A stretch of DNA of 64,000 nt from Gammaproteobacteria bacterium RIFCSPHIGHO2_12_FULL_39_24 (GTDB lineage Bacteria; Pseudomonadota; Gammaproteobacteria; Coxiellales; Coxiellaceae): the NCBI GenBank assembly GCA_001802455.1, contig MGXZ01000020.1, positions 32,742 through 96,741 on the forward strand, given 5' to 3'. The notes below the pieces were generated by a model. That model was not told the DNA's origin. It ran no database searches and saw only the letters and a program-made list of their open reading frames with translations. Shown here one piece after another: positions 26,162 to 34,024 of this stretch (position 1 is its first letter; the number at the start of each line of letters is the position of its first letter). Position numbers and translations under genes: made by a program.

Positions 26162-27138
26162 GATTCTTTTTTTTCTGTGGTTTGAAAACCAATCATACGA
26201 TCAATAATAAATATCGGTCGCTTTTTGGCTTCATCATAAATGCGCCCGATATATTCACCCACCAACCCAAGACAAAGTAATTGCACACCGGAAAAAAAAG
26301 TGATGGCCAAGATGGTGGTGGATAATCCTGGTGATAATTTAAAACCAAATAATTTTTGAATAACGTACCAAAAACCAATAATAAAACTCAGCAAAGCGGT
26401 CGATGCGCCCAATACAGACATTAATTGCAGAGGACGACTACTGAAACCAATCAACCCATTCAAACCAATCTTAAGTGATCCAGTAAAACGGTTATAATGA
26501 CCCCTGCCTGAAAAACGTGAATCGCGATCATACTCTACTGCAGTTTGTTTAAATCCCACATACGCCACTAACCCCCTTAGAAATCCATGTGATTCATTTA
26601 ATTTTCTTAATTCCTCGATCACTCTGCGCGTCATAATACGAAAATCACCTGTGTTTCTCGGTATGGAAACATCCGCTAATGCATTAATCATTTTATATCC
26701 GATGTGAGATATCAAACGTTTAATAACCGTTTCCCCTTTTCGTGAACGACGCTGTGCATAAACTACTTCATATCCCTCATTTAATTTTTGATACAATGTA
26801 GAAATTAATTCAGGTGGATCTTGCAAATCAACATCGATGACAACACACGTTTTTCCACAACAATATAAAATACCTGCCATCGTTGCAGCGGGTTGCCCAA
26901 AACGTCTTGAAAATTCAATTAACTTGATGCGAGTATCGCGCTGAATTTCATTCTCAATAGCGCGTGTTGTATTATCGGGTGATGGATCCAATGAAAATAG
27001 TATCTCATAATGCGGCGTAATACTTTGTAGTACAGGTTCTAATCTATTCAAAAAGGGCTTAATGTTATTGGCTTCCTTGTAAACCGGCACAACAACAGAA
27101 ATGGTCGTGGGATGATTAAGCAGAGATTGACTTGACAT
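26158..27138 (-). CDS. GT2 polyprenyl-phosphate glycosyltransferase (GtrB/ArnC/DPM1 type)
   Basis: 326-aa ORF with VVVPVYKEANNI, DVDLQDPPELI and two C-terminal TM helices. Confidence 0.82.
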   Translation of the reverse strand: MSSQSLLNHPTTISVVVPVYKEANNIKPFLNRLEPVLQSITPHYEILFSLDPSPDNTTRAIENEIQRDTRIKLIEFSRRFGQPAATMAGILYCCGKTCVVIDVDLQDPPELISTLYQKLNEGYEVVYAQRRSRKGETVIKRLISHIGYKMINALADVSIPRNTGDFRIMTRRVIEELRKLNESHGFLRGLVAYVGFKQTAVEYDRDSRFSGRGHYNRFTGSLKIGLNGLIGFSSRPLQLMSVLGASTALLSFIIGFWYVIQKLFGFKLSPGLSTTILAITFFSGVQLLCLGLVGEYIGRIYDEAKKRPIFIIDRMIGFQTTEKKES

Positions 27139-28324
27139 AATTACCTCTCGATTCCATCACTTCCGCTTTACGTAACACATCATAAACACGCTGAATATCC
27201 GCGCGCATATCTCTCGGATGATTTCCCACAAAAAAACCACGATCATGTGCTAAATTCGCATTGGTCATTTCACCAACGCAAGAATGATCACAATATTTTA
27301 TCACATCATGACGCAAGAAATTGCCGCCCGTGATGATGCGATATTGAATATCGGCTGCTTTCATCGCTTGCATGATTTTTTTTCGATCCAAATTATAGTG
27401 TGGATTTAAAATAATCGTAAAAGCAAACCAAGAACTTTTTCCATTTTCTTTTTGAATGATAAAACGATCATCATTACCGAATAATGATTTAAATGTTTCT
27501 GCATTTTTTCGTCTGATTTCAATAAAATGATCTAATTTTTTTAATTGTTCAATACCAATCGCACCTGATAATTCTAATGGACGTACATTGTAGCCCGGTA
27601 AAATAAATCGATAGGCTTCATAAAAATCATCATCAGATGGTGTAAATATGGTTGAATCTGTTGGTAAATCACGCGTCCAACCATGTGCGCGCATGGCTCT
27701 GGCGATGTGATAAATTTCTTCGTCATCCGTCATCACCACACCCCCCTCCATCGTGGAAATATGGTGCGAGAAAAAAGTGCTGAACGTATTCACATCACCA
27801 AATGTGCCGCACTGTTTTCCATTTAATTCAGCACCCATCGATTCACAATTATCTTCCAATAAATATAAATGATGCTTGTCGCAAAATTTTCTCAATATAT
27901 CTAATTTTGCAGGGTTTCCTAAAATACTCACCGCAACGACCATACGTGTTTTTGGCGTGAGTGCTTGTTCTAATTTACCGACATCGATATTTAAACTATC
28001 TAATTCAACATCAATAAATTTTAATGTTAAACCATATTGCATAAGTGGATAATAAGTGGTTGCCCACGAAATGGAGGGCACAATCACTTCATCGCCCGGT
28101 TTTAGGGGAGAATCCGATTTATAAAATAATGCGGCAACCGCAATTAAATTCGCAGATGAGCCTGAGTTCACCATTAATGCATACTTTCCGCCGAATTTTT
28201 TTGCAAAATCCGCTTCAAATTGTTTAACGTATTTTCCCATTGTAAAAATGCCGCCACGAATCACTTCTTGCATGGCATTCACTTCTTCTGATCCCCAAGT
28301 ACTACTGGCTAATTCATAACCCAT
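27116..28324 (-). CDS. PLP-dependent nucleotide-sugar 4-keto-6-deoxy 3-dehydratase, ColD-like (DegT fold, His in place of the PLP lysine)
   Basis: 402-aa ORF that is near-colinear with my memory of E. coli ColD (LASSTW, FTMGKYVKQFEADFAKKFG, LPGYNVRPLELSGAIGIEQLKKL). Its active-site context FFSHHISTMEGG has His where aminotransferases have Lys. Confidence 0.75.
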   Translation of the reverse strand: MGYELASSTWGSEEVNAMQEVIRGGIFTMGKYVKQFEADFAKKFGGKYALMVNSGSSANLIAVAALFYKSDSPLKPGDEVIVPSISWATTYYPLMQYGLTLKFIDVELDSLNIDVGKLEQALTPKTRMVVAVSILGNPAKLDILRKFCDKHHLYLLEDNCESMGAELNGKQCGTFGDVNTFSTFFSHHISTMEGGVVMTDDEEIYHIARAMRAHGWTRDLPTDSTIFTPSDDDFYEAYRFILPGYNVRPLELSGAIGIEQLKKLDHFIEIRRKNAETFKSLFGNDDRFIIQKENGKSSWFAFTIILNPHYNLDRKKIMQAMKAADIQYRIITGGNFLRHDVIKYCDHSCVGEMTNANLAHDRGFFVGNHPRDMRADIQRVYDVLRKAEVMESRGNYVKSISA

Positions 28325-28344
28325 TATTTTTACCTTTACTTATT

Positions 28345-29388
28345 TTATGATTTTACTAATGACACAATGGCCTCTTTGGTCGATGCAACCGTGGGATAAT
28401 AAAATTGTTCTAAATCAGCGCCAGCCGGTGAAGGACAGGCTGGTAAACCCAACCGTTTTACAGGTGCTTTCAAAAATGAGAAACCTTTTTCAGCAGCAAT
28501 AAAACCAATTTCAGCACACACACCACCAACAGCCCAACCTGTATCCACCACCAACAAACGACCTGTTTTTTTAAGCGACTCTAAAATAATCGTTTCATCT
28601 AATGGTTGGATAGTGCGAAGGTCAATCACATCAGCGTGAATATTTTTTTCTTTTTCTAATTCATTTGCGGCCGTCATTGCCAAATCGATTGCTTGTGATG
28701 CGCCTACAATAGTGACATCATTTCCGCGTCGACGATAAACACCTTTGCCCAATGGAATTTCATACGCTTCCGTTGGCACAACACCGGTTCTCTTCATCAA
28801 CCAACGATGCTCAATAATAATAGCGGGATTATTATCATTAATTGCCGAAATCATTAATCCTTTGACGTCATATGGTGTACTCGGCATCACAATTTTTAAA
28901 CCGGGAACACCTAACAATAAACCTTGAATCGCTTGTGAATGTTGCGGACCTGATCCCCACCCTCTTCCAATCGCAGCCCAAATTACCAGTGGTACGGAAT
29001 GTTGTCCGTTGTCCATCCAATGAATTTTTGATGCGTGATTGACTAATTGATTAAACGTTAATAATAAAAAATCAGGACGATTATGAAAATAAACAGGACG
29101 CATGCCTGTCATTGCAGCGCCGACACAAATTCCCGTCATCCCTTCTTCAGAAACCGGTGTATCAAAAACACGTGCAGCGCCATACATTTCTTTAAAACCT
29201 TTTGTGACACCAAACATGCCGCCTGGATCATCAACACCTTGACCCAATAAAAAAACTTTTTTGTCTTCATCCATTTTGTATGACAATGCTTCGCGAATCG
29301 CTTCAACGCTGCCGATCACACGACCATCCTGATTTACCGGGTCTTTTTGTTCGGCATTCGCAACCACTAATTTTTCATCCCACAACAT
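28345..29388 (-). CDS. ThDP-dependent 2-oxoacid dehydrogenase E1 component, beta-subunit-like
   Basis: 347-aa ORF with transketolase-like pyrimidine-binding and C-terminal domains (FDTPVSEEGMTGICVGAAMTGMRPV). Confidence 0.85.
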   Translation of the reverse strand: MLWDEKLVVANAEQKDPVNQDGRVIGSVEAIREALSYKMDEDKKVFLLGQGVDDPGGMFGVTKGFKEMYGAARVFDTPVSEEGMTGICVGAAMTGMRPVYFHNRPDFLLLTFNQLVNHASKIHWMDNGQHSVPLVIWAAIGRGWGSGPQHSQAIQGLLLGVPGLKIVMPSTPYDVKGLMISAINDNNPAIIIEHRWLMKRTGVVPTEAYEIPLGKGVYRRRGNDVTIVGASQAIDLAMTAANELEKEKNIHADVIDLRTIQPLDETIILESLKKTGRLLVVDTGWAVGGVCAEIGFIAAEKGFSFLKAPVKRLGLPACPSPAGADLEQFYYPTVASTKEAIVSLVKS

Positions 29389-29399
29389 GCGGCATTCCT

Positions 29400-30428
29400 C
29401 TAATCACAATAAACATAATTCATCAAATCATCTCGCGTTGGATGCGGACTTTGTTCCGCAAACGCGAAGGCTTTATTTATTTCTGCAGTGATTTGTTGTC
29501 TCAATTCTTCAACCTCTGATAATGGCAAAGAAAAATCTTCAATCAATACTTGTTGTAATAATGCAACGGGGTCTTTTGTTTTCCAATGCGCTAATTCTTC
29601 TGGTGTGCGATAACCCATATCTTCTTCTGAACCATGATGTCCGCGCCAACGATACGTAATGGCTTCAATAAAAGCAGGGCCAGAGCCATTATTGACATAA
29701 TCCAGCGCACGTTGCATCGCCTCATAAACAGCTAATACATTATTTCCATCAATGCATTCACTTTTTAATCCAAAGCTTTCTGCTTTTTTATAAATTCGAA
29801 TGTTGTCAGGTTGACGATAATGCAGTGGCGAACAAACAGAATAAAAATTATTTTCACAAAAATAAATCATCGGTAATTTGCGAACCGCCGCAAAATTCAT
29901 GCTTTCCCATGCCACTCCTTCTTCAACGCCCGCATCACCGGTGTACACGACTGTCTTGCGATGATTATTTTGCATTTGCGCTGATAATGAAAAACCCGTT
30001 GCAATGGGAATAGCGCCTGCAACAATCGCAGAAGAGCCCATCATACCAACAGACTTATCCATCAAGTGCATTGATCCACCACGAGAAGCAGTGCAACCTG
30101 TCATGCGACAATAAAACTCAGCAATCATTGCATTCAGATCACCGCCTTTTGCTAAATAAGCGCCATGTGTGCGATGACTGCAATAAATATAATCATCTTT
30201 GGTCAATAACGCACAACTTCCGACCACAGTGGCTTCTTGTCCAATCACCAGGTGAATGGGAGTTTTCATTTTATCTTCGTGATATCGTGCTGCAACGGTT
30301 TCTTCAATTAATCGAATGCGAAACATTTTGTAAAATAAATCCAACAAAAATGTTCGCGGATATTTTTTTGCTAATAATTTTAATGACGCAATGCCTTCGC
30401 CGTCATAGGGATATCGGATCATGGCCAT
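29400..30428 (-). CDS. ThDP-dependent 2-oxoacid dehydrogenase E1 component, alpha-subunit-like
   Basis: 342-aa ORF with the ThDP motif GDAGVEEGVAWESMNFAAVRKLPMIYFCENN. Confidence 0.85.
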   Translation of the reverse strand: MAMIRYPYDGEGIASLKLLAKKYPRTFLLDLFYKMFRIRLIEETVAARYHEDKMKTPIHLVIGQEATVVGSCALLTKDDYIYCSHRTHGAYLAKGGDLNAMIAEFYCRMTGCTASRGGSMHLMDKSVGMMGSSAIVAGAIPIATGFSLSAQMQNNHRKTVVYTGDAGVEEGVAWESMNFAAVRKLPMIYFCENNFYSVCSPLHYRQPDNIRIYKKAESFGLKSECIDGNNVLAVYEAMQRALDYVNNGSGPAFIEAITYRWRGHHGSEEDMGYRTPEELAHWKTKDPVALLQQVLIEDFSLPLSEVEELRQQITAEINKAFAFAEQSPHPTRDDLMNYVYCD

Positions 30429-30451
30429 TTTTTCCTTTATTTACACCATTT

Positions 30452-31399
30452 TTAATTTTTTTCAATCACTCGCTTTTCTGAAAAAAACCATTCATATGTT
30501 TTCTTAATTCCATCGCGAATAGCGATAGTGGGTTTCCATCCGAGTTCAGTTATTTTTTTGCTGTCTAATAATTTTTGCAACACACCATCTGGTTTTGATG
30601 TGTCCCACACAATTTCACCTCCAAAACCCACTGTTTCTGCAATCATGGTGGCAAGTTCACGAATAGACCAATCCATTCCAACACCCACATTCAGTGGCGC
30701 AGATGTTTCATCGCAACTTAAAACATGTATTACAGCACGCGCAATGTCATCCGCATGCACAAATTCACGACGCGGTGTTCCTGTTCCCCACAAAATAAGT
30801 TTGCTGAGATTTTTTTCTTTTGCGTCGTGCATTTTTGCCATCATCGCCGACATCACATGTCCCGCGTTAGGATCAAAATTATCAAATGGGCCGTAAGCAC
30901 TGTTTGGAATTAACGCGATAAAACGCTGTGTTTGATATTGCTGATTGTATGCATGACACAGTTGCACGCCCGCGAGTTTTGACATCGCGTAACTCATACT
31001 CGTCGCTTCTGGTTTTCCCGTCAACAATAAGTCTTCACTCATCGGCTGCACGCATTCACGCGGATACATGCAAGATGATCCAAAAAAAATAAGTTTATTC
31101 ACTTCAGCTTTTTGCGCTGCTTGAAACACGTTGAGTTGAATAGCGAGGTTGGTATTAATAAAATCAGCGGGCTTGGTTTTATTATAAAAAATACCGCCGA
31201 CCATTCCTGCTGCCAAAATAACGAATTGGGGTTTTATTTTTTCAACATACTGACTGACTGCGCTCGTATTCAATAAATTTAATTCAGCGCGCGTCGGATA
31301 ATGTAGGCGAGAAAACCCCAGCTCTTTAAGGTAACGCAAACAAGCTGAACCAATAAGACCTGTCGCACCCAGAATAAGAACTGAAGCTTCTCTGTCCAT
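30452..31399 (-). CDS. GDP-L-fucose synthase-like 3,5-epimerase/4-reductase (Fcl/WcaG family)
   Basis: 315-aa ORF with LILGATGLIGSA, GSSCMYP, YAMSKLAG and LWGTGTPRREFVHADD, closely paralleling Fcl. Confidence 0.8.
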   Translation of the reverse strand: MDREASVLILGATGLIGSACLRYLKELGFSRLHYPTRAELNLLNTSAVSQYVEKIKPQFVILAAGMVGGIFYNKTKPADFINTNLAIQLNVFQAAQKAEVNKLIFFGSSCMYPRECVQPMSEDLLLTGKPEATSMSYAMSKLAGVQLCHAYNQQYQTQRFIALIPNSAYGPFDNFDPNAGHVMSAMMAKMHDAKEKNLSKLILWGTGTPRREFVHADDIARAVIHVLSCDETSAPLNVGVGMDWSIRELATMIAETVGFGGEIVWDTSKPDGVLQKLLDSKKITELGWKPTIAIRDGIKKTYEWFFSEKRVIEKN

Positions 31400-32905
31400 T
31401 TACACAACCACTGCATTTGCTTCTTCAATCAATTGGCGACGCAATTTAATTTTCGTCATATCGGCAACATGATCATGCACGGCTTGTCCAAATTTTCTTT
31501 TCACCAACGCTAAATAGTTGGGATTAGTAAAATAACGATGGAAGGCGTTGTCACGGAATTTTAAAATTTCTGATGCAGGCAATGCTTCCGAACGCAATGG
31601 TTTGCTTTCGTATGCGTGTTGCGAATAACCAATCCACGAATCAGGCAATGCCCATTTTTTCTCGAGCGCGAGATCGTACAATTTCGATCCCGGATAAGCC
31701 ATCGCACAATAAAAATTAGCAAATTCACAATTCGCTTCAATGGCTAAATCCAATGTTTCATTCATCGATTCGGTCGTATCGTCGGGCAATCCAAAAATAT
31801 AATTACCAATAACATAAATACCAGCAGCTTGAATTTTGCGAACCACTTTGATGATGTCTTCACTGCCAAAACGACCTTTTTCAACACCATCACGCACATG
31901 CTTGCTGCCTGATTCGATACCGAGCGCCAACCAACGAATGCCGGCTGCACGCAATTTTTCTAAAAATTCATCTTTAACGGTATCCACGCGCGCATAGGCC
32001 CAAATATTTAAATCATAATTACGCTCAATTAATAAATCACAAATGCCAATGACATGATTTCTTTTTAAAACAAACATTTCATCAACAAATTTAATATTTT
32101 TAATGCCATACTCATTTACCAGCACATCAATTTCTTCCACCACTGTTTTGGGAGACCACATCCGATAAGAAGATTTTCCAAAGGGTGCATTAATGCAGCA
32201 AAATGTGCATTTGTAAGGACATCCTAAACTAGTATGGATCGATGCGTACGGTTGACGATCATTAATGTGATCGAAGCAATGCCAATTATGCGCGCGATAT
32301 TTATCCATTGGTAATAAATCCCACGCACCGCCCGGCATATCCGCATCTAAATTATCTAACAACAGTCCTTTTGGTGTAGACAACGCAACACCGCCGCGTT
32401 TGTACCACAAACTGGGCACCGCACTAAAATCAGTAGAGCCTGCTTTTAAAGCTTGAAATGTTTGCCAAATGGTTTGTGGACCTTCCTGACTGCACACAAA
32501 ATCAATTTGTTCTTCATTTAATGTTCTCGCCGGCAATGCAGCAGGATGCGTTCCCGTCATCATGATTTTGCATTGCGGCGATAATTGTTTTAGCGCAGTA
32601 CACGTTTCGCTGGCTGCCATCATGTTTTGTGTTGAAGCGGAAGGTTGAAAACCGTACACCACCATCACAATTAAAGTGGCATCATAATTATCCGCAATAT
32701 ACTTTGCTGTCATTGCAGGACTAAAATGACGAATTGGCGCATCAACAATATCGACTGTGCCGCCTTTTACGCGAACGTAAGTTGCAAACAGTGCTGCCAA
32801 AGAAGGGGGTTCGAACGCCGAAAATTCACTACTTAATTCTTGATATATCGCTGCTGGTGAGCCCGGATTAACTAACAGTACATCCACTTTTTGTTTGCCG
32901 CTCAT
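31400..32905 (-). CDS. B12-binding-domain radical SAM enzyme (class B, methyltransferase-like)
   Basis: 501-aa ORF with an N-terminal Rossmann-like cobalamin-binding region followed by GCPYKCTFCC (CxxxCxxC). Confidence 0.8.
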   Translation of the reverse strand: MSGKQKVDVLLVNPGSPAAIYQELSSEFSAFEPPSLAALFATYVRVKGGTVDIVDAPIRHFSPAMTAKYIADNYDATLIVMVVYGFQPSASTQNMMAASETCTALKQLSPQCKIMMTGTHPAALPARTLNEEQIDFVCSQEGPQTIWQTFQALKAGSTDFSAVPSLWYKRGGVALSTPKGLLLDNLDADMPGGAWDLLPMDKYRAHNWHCFDHINDRQPYASIHTSLGCPYKCTFCCINAPFGKSSYRMWSPKTVVEEIDVLVNEYGIKNIKFVDEMFVLKRNHVIGICDLLIERNYDLNIWAYARVDTVKDEFLEKLRAAGIRWLALGIESGSKHVRDGVEKGRFGSEDIIKVVRKIQAAGIYVIGNYIFGLPDDTTESMNETLDLAIEANCEFANFYCAMAYPGSKLYDLALEKKWALPDSWIGYSQHAYESKPLRSEALPASEILKFRDNAFHRYFTNPNYLALVKRKFGQAVHDHVADMTKIKLRRQLIEEANAVVV

Positions 32906-32921
32906 TTTCCTGTTCTCCTAA

Positions 32922-33866
32922 TCAAACATTTCCATAGACACTGTTTTTAATCATGGTAAATCCTTTTATTAATTCACGGATACCTTCTTCAATAGTGGTG
33001 TGCGGCTTAAATCCCGTTTTTTCTATTTTTTCATTCGAGACAATATAATTACGCTGATCAGGATCTTTACCCACCGTTGCTTCTACAAAAACAAAATCAG
33101 GAATAAATTGCTGTATTTTTTCACACAATTCTTTTTTGGATATATTGGCTTCTGATAAACCGACATTGTAAATCTGACCTTTCACGCGATCATGATTGGT
33201 AATCATGTGTAAAAATGCGCGCGCAACATCTCGAACATGCACATAGTTTCTTTTAAAGTGACCTTCAAACAACAAAACATATTTGTCGTACACAGCACGA
33301 TAAGTAAAATCGTTCACGAGCAAATCCGTACGCATGCGTGGCGAAATACCAAACACGGTTGCCAAACGCAAACTCACCGCATTCGGATGTTTCATTAATT
33401 CTTTTTCTACTTTTACTTTTTCTTGCGCGTAGTGCGAAATGGGATTGAGTGGAGATTCTTCTGTGCAAAAATTATTTTTATCACCAGAACCATAAGCACT
33501 GTTCGTTGTTGGCATATAAATTTTTTGCTCGCAGCTCATCAAATTGAGCATCATGATTATCGCATCGTAATTCACTGTCGTTGCTGTAATGGGATCTTGA
33601 TTGCACAATGGCGCACCGACCAACGCGGCCAACGGAATAACAATATCTGCTTTTTTTAAATAGGGTTGAATGGTTTCTTTAACACGAATATCGCCTTTAA
33701 CAATGTGAAAATTTTTGTAACGACACACAGCAGCAAGACTGTTTTGTTTGTACATGAAGTTGTCGATAACAGTGACTTCGTGTCCCAACTGTACTAATTC
33801 AGGCACTAAAGTTGAACCAATATAGCCTGCGCCACCGGTTACCACGATATTGTATTTTTTATCCAT
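32922..33866 (-). CDS. NAD-dependent nucleotide-sugar epimerase/reductase (extended SDR)
   Basis: 314-aa ORF with VVTGGAGYIGS and YAQEK. It is the first gene of the long minus-strand run 33866..~16817. Confidence 0.85.
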   Translation of the reverse strand: MDKKYNIVVTGGAGYIGSTLVPELVQLGHEVTVIDNFMYKQNSLAAVCRYKNFHIVKGDIRVKETIQPYLKKADIVIPLAALVGAPLCNQDPITATTVNYDAIIMMLNLMSCEQKIYMPTTNSAYGSGDKNNFCTEESPLNPISHYAQEKVKVEKELMKHPNAVSLRLATVFGISPRMRTDLLVNDFTYRAVYDKYVLLFEGHFKRNYVHVRDVARAFLHMITNHDRVKGQIYNVGLSEANISKKELCEKIQQFIPDFVFVEATVGKDPDQRNYIVSNEKIEKTGFKPHTTIEEGIRELIKGFTMIKNSVYGNV

Positions 33867-33900
33867 GAAAGTCCTTCGGTGACGAAAAATAGAGCGGTGT

Positions 33901-33915
33901 CATTCTACTGAACAA
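33901..33915 (-). promoter_or_regulatory. Conserved leader motif, copy 1 (minus-strand reading TTGTTCAGTAGAATG)
   Basis: It lies 35 nt upstream of the ATG at 33866 and is identical over 15 nt to 44091..44105. The flanks are also similar (GGTG upstream). Confidence 0.5.
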
Positions 33916-34024
33916 CCACCCATTCCACAAGACTGCTTCAACCTTACTTTATCGCTTTTTACCAGGTATGATCATCTCGTTCACTGGTCTTCACAAAATA
34001 GGCAAAAAGGCGCTGTATTGATAC

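Noticed and set aside
25881-26192. The 103-aa ORF overlapping the GtrA-like gene in another frame
   Set aside because: It lies entirely within 25787..26161. That frame gives a coherent four-helix GtrA-like protein with a 4-nt coupling to the GT2 gene, whereas the alternative frame looks like a Cys-rich shadow ORF.
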